Source of the DNA: an uncultured Thermoleophilia bacterium
GTDB lineage: Bacteria; Actinomycetota; Thermoleophilia; UBA2241
Length of the DNA stretch: 40,267 nucleotides
Reading direction: 5' to 3'
Assembly (NCBI GenBank): GCA_963715985.1
Contig: CAVQSP010000022.1
Location: forward strand, 1 to 40,267
The position numbers were made by a program, and so were the translations under genes. The notes beneath the pieces are model-generated. The model searched no databases, was not told where the DNA came from, and saw nothing but the letters and a program-made list of their open reading frames with translations. Positions 20,205 to 29,884 of this stretch are shown piece by piece; the first letter of the stretch is position 1, and the number at the start of each line of letters is the position of its first letter.

Positions 20205-21556
20205 ACCCTCTCTTCAGCCGGCGTGATGGCGCACTCCGCCGCCGCCGACATCTCGAAACTGAACTCCGCCCACTCGCCCTGCTTGGACTCGGCGGTGATG
20301 CGGCCCCCGTGCAACTGGATGACGCGCCAGGTGTTGTAGAGCCCGACTCCGGTGCCACGGCGCGTCTTGAGTGCGGGGTCGTCGAGGCGCGAGAAGCGCC
20401 GGAAGAGCTTGTTCTTCTGGGACGGGCCGAAACCCGGGCCCTCGTTCTTGATGCGCACCTTGAGCTTGGGCAGGTGTGCCCAGTCTTCCGGCGTGTACTC
20501 GACCGTGAGCCACACGCGCCCGCCCTCGTTGCCGTACTTGGAGGCGTTGTCGAGCAGGTTCACGAGGGCGATGCGCAGCAGAGTGGCATCGCAGCACATC
20601 TCGGGGCTGGACTCCGGCATGTCGACGATGAGCTCCTGGCCGTGCGCGTCGAATTGTGGGCGCACCAGCTCGATGGCCTCCTGGACGACCTCCGTGTTGA
20701 TGGAGACGCGCGAGCGCGGCTGGCTGCGCAGCTCCATCCCCTCGACGCGCGCGAGGTCGAGGTACTCGTTGACAAGCCCGAGCAGATACCTGCCCTTGCG
20801 CTCGATGCCCTCGAGCTTGGTGCGCTGCGCCTCCGTGAGCTCGCCGAGATACCCCTCGGCCATGAGCTGCGCGTCGGTGACCATGGAGGCCACCGGGCTC
20901 TTGAGCTCGTGGCTCACGAACCCGAGCATCTGCGTGTAGGCGTGGTTGAGCTCTTCGAGCTGCTCGATGCGCCACGCCTTCTCCACGGCCTGGCTGAGCC
21001 GCTCCGTGATGGCCATCTGCAACTCGATGTGGCGTGGCCGGTAGGCGTAGGTGCGCCGCGAGCTGCGGAAGATGAAGCCGACCACGCGGCCCTCCACGCT
21101 CAGGGGGCAGGTGAGATTGGAGCGCACGCCCTCCTGGAGCAGTCGTCTCGTGGCCCGGCTCATCGGTCTGGTCTCGAAGTACAGCTCCAGATTGCCGATG
21201 ATCCGTGGCTGTCCGAGCCGCAGCACTTCGCTCAGTGACGACTGCTGCATGGCTTCGGAGTAGTCCTTGTCGAGAGAGAGGGGGCCGTAGGAAGCGCGGT
21301 TGTAGTAGCTGGTGACGCGCTCGCCGCGCTCGTCCACGAAGGCGAGACCGATGCGGTCGCAGGGGATGAGGGCCTGGGTGTGCTCGAACAGGTAGTCGAC
21401 GATGGCGCGCAGGCTGGGGCGCGCGGCGATCTTCTGATTCACCGTGCGCAGGATGGTGCGCTCCTCGCCGGTGATGGGCGTGAGTGCTTGCGCGTCGCGG
21501 AACGGGTCGACGAAGTGGGCGGTGGTCGGCGTCTTGTGCTGCGGGTCTTCGCCCAT
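20201..21556 (-). CDS. GAF-domain sensor histidine kinase (soluble)
   Basis: GAF (CDRIGLAF..SNLTCPLSVEGRVVG), H-box FVSHELKSP, NLLDNASKY, GTGVGL. Confidence 0.9.
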   Translation of the reverse strand: MGEDPQHKTPTTAHFVDPFRDAQALTPITGEERTILRTVNQKIAARPSLRAIVDYLFEHTQALIPCDRIGLAFVDERGERVTSYYNRASYGPLSLDKDYSEAMQQSSLSEVLRLGQPRIIGNLELYFETRPMSRATRRLLQEGVRSNLTCPLSVEGRVVGFIFRSSRRTYAYRPRHIELQMAITERLSQAVEKAWRIEQLEELNHAYTQMLGFVSHELKSPVASMVTDAQLMAEGYLGELTEAQRTKLEGIERKGRYLLGLVNEYLDLARVEGMELRSQPRSRVSINTEVVQEAIELVRPQFDAHGQELIVDMPESSPEMCCDATLLRIALVNLLDNASKYGNEGGRVWLTVEYTPEDWAHLPKLKVRIKNEGPGFGPSQKNKLFRRFSRLDDPALKTRRGTGVGLYNTWRVIQLHGGRITAESKQGEWAEFSFEMSAAAECAITPAEERV

Positions 21557-21660
21557 CGTCTCCCCAGTCCGTCGCGTGCTGGGCACTTCGGGCCGGCCGC
21601 GCCGCTCGTGATGCGCCCAGCCGCGCCGGAAGCGCCTGCGTGCACTCAGTCTAGACCCAG

Positions 21661-21696
21661 CGGCGGCGGGGCGCTCGTGCGAGCGCCCCGCCGCCG
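21661..21696. terminator. Strong hairpin downstream of hydA-2 (terminator or mRNA stabiliser)
   Basis: CGGCGGCGGGGCGCTCG / CGAGCGCCCCGCCGCCG perfect inverted repeat; no U-tract. Confidence 0.6.
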
Positions 21697-21714
21697 TGGC
21701 CGGCCGGGATCGGC

Positions 21715-23652
21715 CTACTTCTGCGGGATGTACTTGCCGCGCGCCGTGTACGAGGTGTGCAGCAGCTCGTGGCTCTTGTGCCCGCAGGGGCCGTCGGTGA
21801 GGAACTCGGCGTAGGTCTTCGCGACCGCCGGGTTCTCGTAGGACTTGCGGACGTCGTATGCCTTGTCCTCCGCGTAGATCGCCTTGGCACGGGCGGCGCG
21901 GATCTCGGCATTGGTCGGGATCGGCTGTCCGCCGCCGCCCAGGCAGCCGCCCGGGCAGGCCATGAACTCGATGAAGTGGCACTGGCTGAACTGGCCGCCG
22001 GCCTTGATGTCGTCCATGACCTTCTTGGCGTTGGCCGTGCCGTGAGCAACAGCCACCTTGACGGTCACGCCGTTCAGCCACTCCCAGTCGGGCACGAGGT
22101 GCGCGAGGATCTCGGGCACCGGGCCGACCTTGGGGATGGTGATCTCGGCGTACTTGACGCCCTCGAAGCCGCGCACGGGGATGATGTCGCCGTGCTCGTA
22201 GATGCTCTCCACCTTCTCGCCGGTGACCAGCTCGATGACCGTGCGCAAGGCGCTCTCCATCACGCCGCCCGTGGCGCCGAAGATCACGCCGGAGCCGGTG
22301 GCCGTGCCGAAGGGGTCGTCGAAGTCGCTCTTCGGCAGGCTGGGCAGGTGCAGGCCGGCCTCCTTGAACATCTTGCCGAGCTCACGCGTGGTGATGCCGA
22401 AGTCCACGTCCTTGTAGCCGGAGTCGTGCATCTCGGGCCTGTTGCACTCGAACTTCTTGGCCGAGCACGGCATGAGGGCGCAGCTGACGATGGTGGCCGG
22501 GTCCCAGCCCATCTTGTCGGCGTAGTAGGTCTTGATGAGGGCCCCGAACATCTGCTGGGGGCTCTTGGCCGACGAGGCGTTGGGCAGGTACTCGGGGTAG
22601 AAGTGCTCGAGGTACTTGACCCAGCCCGGGGAGCAGCTCGTGAACTGGGGCAGGGCCACCGAGGCGTCGCCCTGGACCAGGGCGCCGTAGAGGCGCTGGA
22701 TGAGCTCGGTGCCCTCCTCGATGATCGTGAGGTCGGCGGTGAAGTTGGTGTCGAAGACGCTGTCGAAGCCGGCGCGGCGCAGGGCGGTGTTCATCTCGAA
22801 CGTCACCGGTGTGCCGGGCTCAAGGCCGAAGAGCTCGCCCATGGCCGAACGCGGCGCCGGGGCGGTCTGGATGACCACGTGCTTCTCGGGGTCGTCGATG
22901 GCCGCCCACACGGCGTCGGTCTCGTCCTTGGCGTACAGGGCGCCGGTGGGACAGCGGTTCACGCACTGGCCGCAGTTGATGCAGACCACGTCGCCGAGAG
23001 GCAGGTCCTCGAAGGTGGCGATCTGTGTACGTGCGCTGCGCCCGATGGCCTCGAGCACGCCGACTTCCTGCAGGTCGATGCAGGTGCGCACGCAGCGCCG
23101 GCAGTTGATGCACTTGTTCATGTCGCGCATCACGGAGTAGCTGGACGTGTCCGTCTCGAACAGCGGCTCGGTGGGATGGCCGAAGACGAACGAGTCGATG
23201 CCGTACTCTTCGGTGAGCGTCTGCAGCTCGCAGTTGCCGTTGCGCACGCAGCTGTAGCACTCGCCGCAGTGCTCGCTCAGCATGAGCTGCAGCATGTGGC
23301 GGCGTGCCTTGCGCACCTTGCGCGTGTGCGTCTTGACGCTGAGGCTGTTGGTGATGGGGTAGACGCAGGCGGCCTGCAGCGTGCGCTGGCCCTCGATGTC
23401 CACCACGCACATGCGGCAGACGCCGGCGACCTTGAGGTCCGGATGGTGGCAGAGCGTGGGGATCTCGACGCCCACCGTCTTGGCGGCGTCGAGGATGGTC
23501 ATGCCGAACGGCACCTTGGTCTGGATGCCGTCGATGGTCACGGAGACCAGCGCACCGATCGCCTCAGGGTTGTCGGCGACGGGCACGGTGCTGCCGACCT
23601 GGCTGGTCGGGATGCGCGGCCCCTTCTCGTCGTCTCGCAGGTTATCGGTCAT
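21715..23652 (-). CDS. hydA: Group A [FeFe]-hydrogenase catalytic subunit (hydA-2)
   Basis: [2Fe-2S], His-ligated and two further [4Fe-4S] motifs; H-cluster P1 TSCSPGW, P2 MPCSAKKFEC, P3 EFMACPGGCLGGGGQP. Confidence 0.95.
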   Translation of the reverse strand: MTDNLRDDEKGPRIPTSQVGSTVPVADNPEAIGALVSVTIDGIQTKVPFGMTILDAAKTVGVEIPTLCHHPDLKVAGVCRMCVVDIEGQRTLQAACVYPITNSLSVKTHTRKVRKARRHMLQLMLSEHCGECYSCVRNGNCELQTLTEEYGIDSFVFGHPTEPLFETDTSSYSVMRDMNKCINCRRCVRTCIDLQEVGVLEAIGRSARTQIATFEDLPLGDVVCINCGQCVNRCPTGALYAKDETDAVWAAIDDPEKHVVIQTAPAPRSAMGELFGLEPGTPVTFEMNTALRRAGFDSVFDTNFTADLTIIEEGTELIQRLYGALVQGDASVALPQFTSCSPGWVKYLEHFYPEYLPNASSAKSPQQMFGALIKTYYADKMGWDPATIVSCALMPCSAKKFECNRPEMHDSGYKDVDFGITTRELGKMFKEAGLHLPSLPKSDFDDPFGTATGSGVIFGATGGVMESALRTVIELVTGEKVESIYEHGDIIPVRGFEGVKYAEITIPKVGPVPEILAHLVPDWEWLNGVTVKVAVAHGTANAKKVMDDIKAGGQFSQCHFIEFMACPGGCLGGGGQPIPTNAEIRAARAKAIYAEDKAYDVRKSYENPAVAKTYAEFLTDGPCGHKSHELLHTSYTARGKYIPQK

Positions 23653-23654
23653 GC

Positions 23655-24860
23655 TCAGCTCCTCGCGGTGTCGGCCTGGGGGGTCCGGCTCGTGATCTCG
23701 TCGCCGAAGTGCTCCAGGATGGACATGAAGGCGTTGGAGCTGGTCTGACCGAGGCCGCACTTGGAGGCGACCTGCATGGTGATGTTCAGCTCGCGCAGCT
23801 CGTCGACGTACTCGGCCGAGCAGGTCCCCTCTTGCAGCATGTGCACGGCCTCGAGCATCTTGACGTTGCCCAGGCGGCAGGGCGTGCACTGGCCGCACGA
23901 CTCGTCCACGAAGAACTCGAGGAAGTTCTCGGCCACGTCCAGCATGTCGCGTTGCGGGCCGAAGACGATGACCGACCCGCCGGTCGGGATGTCCTCGAAG
24001 GCCATCTGGCGGGCGAACTCCTTGCGCGGCACGCAGGTACCGGAGGCGCCGCCGATCTGCACGGCCTTGGCGTCGCTGCCGCCGACCTCTTTGAGCAGGT
24101 CCGCGACGGTGATGCCGAAGGGGAACTCGTACACGCCCGGCTTCTCGCAGTCGCCGGAGATGCTGAACAGCTTGAAGCCCGTGGAGCGGTCGGTGCCGAA
24201 GCTCTTGAACCAGTCCACGCCCTTGGCGAAGATGCAGGCCGCCGAGGCCAGGGTCTCCACGTTGTTGACGGTGGTGGGGCGGTGGCGGAAGCCGGCGACC
24301 ACCGGGAACGGCGGGCGGTTGCGGGGCTCGCCGCGGAAGCCCTCGAGCGACTCGATGAGAGCCGTCTCCTCGCCGCACACGTAGGCGCCGGCGCCCAGGG
24401 CGACGATGATGTCGAAGTCGAAGCCCTTGACTCCGCAGACGTCCTTGCCCAGCAGGCCGTCGGCGCGACGCTGCTTGATGCAGGCGTTGAGGTGAGAGCG
24501 CAGGTACGTGTACTCGCCGCGCAGGTAGACGATGCCCAGCTGGGCGCCGATGGCGCGGCCGGCGATGGTCATGCCGGCGAACACCAGGTCCGGGAACTCG
24601 GTGAGGATGACGCGGTCCTTGAACGTACCGGGCTCACCCTCGTCGGCGTTGCAGATGACGTACTTCTCGTCGCCCTTCTCCGAACCGGCGAAGTTCCACT
24701 TCATCCCGGTGGGGAAGCCGGCGCCGCCGCGACCCTTCATGCCGGACGCGGAGACTGTGTCGACGATATCCGCGCGGGACATGGCGAGGGCGGCCTTGAG
24801 GCCCTCGTTGCCGTCGATCGAAGCGAAGGTGAGGGTGTTCCCCTGAGTCTCGATGCTCAT
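23655..24860 (-). CDS. hydB: Short NuoF/HydB-like FMN/NADH-binding subunit (401 aa)
   Basis: GRGGAGFPTG, NADEGEPGTFKDR, GAGAYVCGEETA, SCGQCTPCR, CGLG; no extra ferredoxin domains. Confidence 0.92.
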   Translation of the reverse strand: MSIETQGNTLTFASIDGNEGLKAALAMSRADIVDTVSASGMKGRGGAGFPTGMKWNFAGSEKGDEKYVICNADEGEPGTFKDRVILTEFPDLVFAGMTIAGRAIGAQLGIVYLRGEYTYLRSHLNACIKQRRADGLLGKDVCGVKGFDFDIIVALGAGAYVCGEETALIESLEGFRGEPRNRPPFPVVAGFRHRPTTVNNVETLASAACIFAKGVDWFKSFGTDRSTGFKLFSISGDCEKPGVYEFPFGITVADLLKEVGGSDAKAVQIGGASGTCVPRKEFARQMAFEDIPTGGSVIVFGPQRDMLDVAENFLEFFVDESCGQCTPCRLGNVKMLEAVHMLQEGTCSAEYVDELRELNITMQVASKCGLGQTSSNAFMSILEHFGDEITSRTPQADTARS

Positions 24861-25378
24861 ACGAGGTACCCCTCCCTGCGCTCGGCCGAGTGGCCGGAGT
24901 AGGCGGCCCTGCACTCGGCCGCGATCTGCCTCACCGTCTCGGCCGTGACGCGCGTGTACACGCGGTCGTTGACGAGCAGGGCGGGACCCTGGTCGCACAT
25001 GCCCATGCAGGCGGCCCAGTCGAGCGTGAAGCGGCCGTCCTCGGAGGTCTCGCCGAAGCCGATGCCGAGCTCGGTCTCGAGCTGGTGGGCGATGGCGTCC
25101 TTGCCGGCGAGCTCGCACGACACGGTGCGGCACAGGCGCACGACGTACTCGCCCTGGGCGGCCGGGTCGAGGAAGGCGTAGAACGTGGCGACGCTGTAGA
25201 CCTCCACCGGGTGGATGTCCAGCAGGTCGGCGATGATCTGCATCGCGTCGCTGTCGATGTCGTGGTAGCGCCACTTGACATCTTGAAGGATCGGGATGAG
25301 CGAGCTCCTGCCCGGGCCGAGTTTGTCGACCAGGGCGTTGACGTCACTGCGGAGCTGCTCCTGCTGGGTAACGAGCAT
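24857..25378 (-). CDS. hydC: NuoE/HydC-like [2Fe-2S] subunit
   Basis: VATFY, CRTVSC, CMGMCDQGP. Confidence 0.92.
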   Translation of the reverse strand: MLVTQQEQLRSDVNALVDKLGPGRSSLIPILQDVKWRYHDIDSDAMQIIADLLDIHPVEVYSVATFYAFLDPAAQGEYVVRLCRTVSCELAGKDAIAHQLETELGIGFGETSEDGRFTLDWAACMGMCDQGPALLVNDRVYTRVTAETVRQIAAECRAAYSGHSAERREGYLV

Positions 25379-25390
25379 CGGCATCCTCTC

Positions 25391-25762
25391 TTATGCGAGC
25401 AGCTTCTGGACCTTGGCGACCAGCGTCTGCGGATCCACCGGCTTGGGCTGGAACTCGTCGACCGGGACCATCTCTTCGTCCTTGTCGATGTTCAGGCCCA
25501 TGGCGGCATTGACGCTGGTGAGCATGATGATGGGGAAGGTGTGACCGGCCTTGCGGATCTCGCGCGCCATCCGCAGGCCGTCGTCGGGCTCCTCCATCAT
25601 CACGTCGAGGATGAGGAGGTCGGGACTGCCCCCCTCGAGGGTCTTCATGCCTTCGGCGCGGCTGGACGCGCCGTTCACCTCGTAGCCCTCACGCTCGAGC
25701 ACGAGGCGGCACGCTTCGACGATGTCGGGATCGTCGTCAACAATGAGGATCTTGGGCACCAC
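25391..25762 (-). CDS. Stand-alone response regulator receiver
   Basis: ILIVDDD, LILDVMM, MLTS, PKP; no output domain. Confidence 0.92.
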   Translation of the reverse strand: MVPKILIVDDDPDIVEACRLVLEREGYEVNGASSRAEGMKTLEGGSPDLLILDVMMEEPDDGLRMAREIRKAGHTFPIIMLTSVNAAMGLNIDKDEEMVPVDEFQPKPVDPQTLVAKVQKLLA

Positions 25763-25964
25763 ACACTCCCTTTCTCTCTCGCCGTTTCCCCATGGCGCTC
25801 CCACTCCGGTGCGCCACAGCGGCCATCTCCGCCGCCCTTCACGAGCCTGCTTCGCTGCCGTTGCGGACGGTGTCCGCGCGAGCGGGAAGGAGGCCGAAGT
25901 CGGGCGATTGGCGGTGGCCGCTTAGTCCACTGTTCCAGTTCGACGTGGTCGGAACTGTCGTCCG

Positions 25965-26003
25965 TTTCTAACGCATTTCGGCAGCTTGTGCAAGGCGTCA
26001 CGA
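25965..26003 (-). promoter_or_regulatory. Internal sigma70-type promoter (TTGCAC-N17-TAGAAA) overlapped by a Rex operator at 25986-26003
   Basis: TTGTGCA-AGGC-GTCACGA vs Rex consensus TTGTGAA-N4-TTCACAA; overlaps the -35 box. Confidence 0.65.
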
Positions 26004-26122
26004 GCGCGCCTTTTGTCAGTATCGCACATGCCCGGACCGCGCGCCCGAGCGGAGGTGCTCGCTAGGCGTGAGCGCGCGGAGCCGAGGCCGGTGCGGGATC
26101 GGCTGCGACGCGTGCAGGCATG

Positions 26123-27364
26123 TCAGGCCGAAGGCGCGGACGCCGCGGCGGCGGGCGGGGCGGCGGCGGTGCTGGCGGCCTCCGCCGCCTTCACCGTGCC
26201 CTCGGCAGGTGCGTCGTGCAGCGTCACCGTGAAGGTGCTGCCCACGCCGGGCTCGCTCTTCACCGTCGCCTCGCCGTCGTACATGTTGGCGATCTTGCGC
26301 ACGGTCGAGAGCCCCAGGCCGCTGCCGAGGATCTTCACCGTGTTCTCGTTCTTGATGCGCGTGAACTCGTTGAAGAGCTTGCCGGCCTCCTCGGGTGTGA
26401 GTCCGATGCCGGTGTCCGTGACCGTCACGCGCACGGTGTCGCCCTTGCGCTGGATCTTGACGGTCACACTGCCGCCGTCGCGGTTGTACTTGACGGCGTT
26501 GGAGAAGAGGTTGTTGAGCACGATCTCCGCCTCGCCGGCGTCGGCGAGCAGCTCCACGCCCGGGTCCGCATCGAGCGTCACGGTGATGCCGCGGCGCTCG
26601 GCGTCGACGGCGAACATCTCCATCGACGCCTTGGCGAGCTCTGCCAGGTCGAGGCGCTTGATGACGCGCTCGCGCTGCCCGGACTCGATGCGCGTGAGGT
26701 CCAGGAGGTCGCCGATCAGCTTCTTCATGCCGTCCACGCGCACGATGCTGCGCTCGACCATCTGCAGGTTCTGGTCTTCCTCGGTGGTGCGCAGGATGTT
26801 GAGGTAGCCCTCCACGGCGTTGAGCGGCGCCTTGAGCTCGTGCGCCAGCACCGAGATGAAGTTGAAGCGGATCTCGCGCTTCTCCTCGGCGAGCTTGCGC
26901 GCCTGCCGGCTGAGGATGAGCTGCTGGGTGGCCTTGCGCAGCGCGTAGCGCAGCTCGTCCGGGGTGAACGGCTTGGCGAGGAAGTCGTAGGCGCCGAGCT
27001 TGGTGGCCTTCACCGCCGTCTCGAAGGTGGCGTAGGCCGTGATCATGATGGTGAGCACCTCACGACCCTGGGAGCTCATCGCGTCGAGCACGTCCATGCC
27101 GCCGACGCCGGGGAGCTTGAGGTCGAGCAGCAGGAGGTCCACCTCGCCGCCTGCGTCCAGGTAGGCGAGGTAGTCCTCGCCGCTCGTGAAGTAGCGGAAC
27201 GCGTAGCTCGCGTCAACGAGCACGTCGGCGACGTGCACCTTGTACTTCTCGATGATGCGGCGCACGCCGAGGCAGAGCGCCTCCTCGTCGTCGACCATGA
27301 CGACCTGTAGGGCGACCTGCTGGGGGTCCATGAGCGACTCGCGTGGCTGCTGCTCCAGGTCCAT
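26123..27364 (-). CDS. Hybrid receiver-histidine kinase
   Basis: VDDEE, LLLLDLKLPG, AKPF, H-box LAHELKAP, NAVKY, DTGIG, GSGLGL. Confidence 0.92.
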   Translation of the reverse strand: MDLEQQPRESLMDPQQVALQVVMVDDEEALCLGVRRIIEKYKVHVADVLVDASYAFRYFTSGEDYLAYLDAGGEVDLLLLDLKLPGVGGMDVLDAMSSQGREVLTIMITAYATFETAVKATKLGAYDFLAKPFTPDELRYALRKATQQLILSRQARKLAEEKREIRFNFISVLAHELKAPLNAVEGYLNILRTTEEDQNLQMVERSIVRVDGMKKLIGDLLDLTRIESGQRERVIKRLDLAELAKASMEMFAVDAERRGITVTLDADPGVELLADAGEAEIVLNNLFSNAVKYNRDGGSVTVKIQRKGDTVRVTVTDTGIGLTPEEAGKLFNEFTRIKNENTVKILGSGLGLSTVRKIANMYDGEATVKSEPGVGSTFTVTLHDAPAEGTVKAAEAASTAAAPPAAAASAPSA

Positions 27365-27366
27365 AG

Positions 27367-29418
27367 TCAGCTCTCCGTGATCTCCTGCAGGCTGGCCGGC
27401 GCTGCGAGCTCACCCTCGAAGCGCGGCAGGACGATGGTGAACGTCGTGTACGTGGGGCCCTTCTCCGGGTCGGCGTTGGACTCCACCGAGATCTGGCCGC
27501 GGTGCATCTTCACGATGCCGTGGCTCACGGCGAGGCCCAGGCCCGTGCCCTTGCCCACCTGCTTGGTGGTGAAGAACGGGCTGAACAGCTTGTCCAGGTT
27601 CTCCTTGGGGATGCCGCAGCCCTCGTCGACCACCGTGACCATGACGTTCTCCTCGGTGCCGTCGAGCGTCACAAGGATGCGCCCGCCGGCGGGCATGGCG
27701 TGCTGGGCGTTGGTGAGCAGGTTGGTGAGCACCTGGACGATCTGGTCGGCGTCCAGCTCGGCCACCGGGTCGCCGAGATGGTCCTCGACCTCGATCGAGA
27801 CGCCCTCGTCGGTGGGGAGGGTGCGCAGCACCTCCCGCACGAGGGCGCTCAGGTCGGTGGGCTGCCGCACCACGCGGCTCTGCCGCGCGAAGTTCAGCAG
27901 CCCGGCGATGATCTTCTTGCAGCGGTTGGCCTGGTCGACGATGAGGCGCACGTCGTCGGCCACCTCGGTGTCGCTCTCGCAGTCCTCCAGCAGCAGGTTG
28001 GCGTGCAGCAGCAGGATGCCCAGGGGGTTGTTGACCTCGTGGGCGATGCCGGCCGCGAGCTGCCCCATGCTGGCCAGCTTCTCGCTCTTGACCAGGGCCT
28101 CCTTGGTGCTCTCCAGCGAGCGGTGCGACTCCTGCAGCTCCGTGATGGTCTTGCGCAGCTCCTCCACGGAGTAGGGGAGGCACATCTCCACCTCGGCGAG
28201 GCCCTGCCACACGGCCTCGGCGTGGTCGCGGCAGCTCTCGTACCCACAGGCGCCGCAGTCGAGCTCGTCTTCCGCCGTGAACTTGTTCATGCTGTCGAGG
28301 ACCTTGCGCAGCTGCCTCTCCGTGGGCGTGTCGGCGAAGCGCTGGTCGAAGCGCTGGAACGTGCGGCTCAGGTCGACGCCGGCGAACTCGGCCATGGCCG
28401 CCTCCCAGGCGTCCTGGTCGAAGTGACGCTGGCGCTCCCTGGTCTCACGGCTCACCTCCGCGCGGCGCCGGAACACGTGCGCCTCGCAGCTGAAGCCGGC
28501 GCCCATGATGCAGCCCTCGCAACAGAGGATGTCCAGGAGGCGCGCCTCGGTCTCGCCCTGCTCGAAATCGATGATGGCGTCGGCGAGGTTGGCGCGTCCG
28601 TCGGCCGTGATGATGTCGCCGCTCATCAGGTCCTCGTCCAGGTCGGCGGCCTGCAGCATCCCGCGGGTGATGGGGAAGAGGGCGCCCAGGCCGCTGTGCG
28701 GCGGGTCGAAGTCGTCGTCCGCGCGCCGCCCCTCCAGGTGGATGCCGCGCGCCGCGAACATGGCTCGCAGCTCCACGTACGTGAGCGCCGCGTCCACCTC
28801 GCCCTCGAACTGCGCGTACCGGGCCTCGCCCTTCTTGGCGATGCAGGGGCCGATGAAGGCGATCTTGAGCTCGGGCCCGTATCTGGCGTGCAACACGCGG
28901 GCGATGGCCAGCATCGGGGAGACGATGGGGGCGAGGTTGTCGAGCAGGTCCGGGTGGTACTTGCGCACGAAGCTGACCACCGCCGGGCAGGTGGTGGCGA
29001 CGTAACGGTTCGCATCCGACAGGAGCAGGTCACGGTAGGCGGCGGCCACGAGGTCGGCGCCGAACCCCACCTCGTGCACCTGCGAGAAGCCGAGCTCGCG
29101 CAGGGCGGCGACAAGCGCTCCGGTGTCGCAGTCGGTGAACTCGGCGGGGTAGCTGGGGGCGATGATGGCCGCCACCGGGGCGTCCCCGGCGAGCAGCTCC
29201 TCGGTGGCCTCGATGCCGCTCAGCACCTGCTTGGCGTTCTGGCTGCAGACGGTGACGCAGTTGCCGCACCCGATGCAGCGCGTCTGGATGACACTGGCCT
29301 GCCCGTCCAGGATCTGGATGGCCTTGGCCGGGCATTCGCGCACACACGTGTAGCAGGTACGGCACTTCTCGCCGATCGTCGTGACCAGCTGGAGGTGGGC
29401 TACCTTCTCCTCGTTCAT
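27367..29418 (-). CDS. Sensory (group C-type, HydS-like) [FeFe]-hydrogenase fused to a histidine kinase
   Basis: Two [4Fe-4S] motifs; variant H-cluster motifs ATTCPA, IGPCIAKKGEA, ILCCEGCIMG; FeS domain DCGACGY..C..MC; H-box IAHEVNNP; FFTTK, GTGLGL. Confidence 0.9.
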   Translation of the reverse strand: MNEEKVAHLQLVTTIGEKCRTCYTCVRECPAKAIQILDGQASVIQTRCIGCGNCVTVCSQNAKQVLSGIEATEELLAGDAPVAAIIAPSYPAEFTDCDTGALVAALRELGFSQVHEVGFGADLVAAAYRDLLLSDANRYVATTCPAVVSFVRKYHPDLLDNLAPIVSPMLAIARVLHARYGPELKIAFIGPCIAKKGEARYAQFEGEVDAALTYVELRAMFAARGIHLEGRRADDDFDPPHSGLGALFPITRGMLQAADLDEDLMSGDIITADGRANLADAIIDFEQGETEARLLDILCCEGCIMGAGFSCEAHVFRRRAEVSRETRERQRHFDQDAWEAAMAEFAGVDLSRTFQRFDQRFADTPTERQLRKVLDSMNKFTAEDELDCGACGYESCRDHAEAVWQGLAEVEMCLPYSVEELRKTITELQESHRSLESTKEALVKSEKLASMGQLAAGIAHEVNNPLGILLLHANLLLEDCESDTEVADDVRLIVDQANRCKKIIAGLLNFARQSRVVRQPTDLSALVREVLRTLPTDEGVSIEVEDHLGDPVAELDADQIVQVLTNLLTNAQHAMPAGGRILVTLDGTEENVMVTVVDEGCGIPKENLDKLFSPFFTTKQVGKGTGLGLAVSHGIVKMHRGQISVESNADPEKGPTYTTFTIVLPRFEGELAAPASLQEITES

Positions 29419-29440
29419 CAGCGTGCCGGTCGCCGGGCGG

Positions 29441-29848
29441 TCAGCCGCGGCGGCCGAGGAGCTCGGCCACCTTGGCGACCAGCGCCCGGGCGTCGATGGG
29501 CTTGTCGAAGTAGGCGTCCACGTTCATCTTCTCCAGGTCCTCGGGTGACTGTGGTCTGAAGTCCAGTCCCAGCGCGCTGCTCACGGACGTGGAGATGATG
29601 ACCGGCACGCCCGCGGTGCGCGGGTCGCTCTTGAGTTCGGCGGCGAAGGTGAAGCCCGCGTCGATGCTCGTCATCATCAGGTCCGTGATGACGAGGTCCG
29701 GCGCCTCCTCGGCGACGCGCTTGCGCGCCTCCGCGGGGTTGGTCGCCGTGACGACGCGGTAGCCGGCGGCCTCGAGGATGAAGCGGTTGATCTCGAGGAA
29801 GTCGTAGTCGTCGTCGACGATCAGTATGAGGGCCTGTTCACCGGTCAT
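29441..29848 (-). CDS. Stand-alone response regulator receiver
   Basis: ILIVDDD, VITDLMM, DKP; no output domain. Confidence 0.92.
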   Translation of the reverse strand: MTGEQALILIVDDDYDFLEINRFILEAAGYRVVTATNPAEARKRVAEEAPDLVITDLMMTSIDAGFTFAAELKSDPRTAGVPVIISTSVSSALGLDFRPQSPEDLEKMNVDAYFDKPIDARALVAKVAELLGRRG

Positions 29849-29884
29849 GGTCCGTTCTCAGTATAGCTGGTCGGTTCTCTCGTC

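Noticed and set aside
21715-24378. 887-aa extended hydA and similar N-terminal extensions (23655-25274, 20201-22081, 15401-16948, 37047-38486)
   Set aside because: The extensions overlap upstream genes in other frames; better-supported starts lie downstream.
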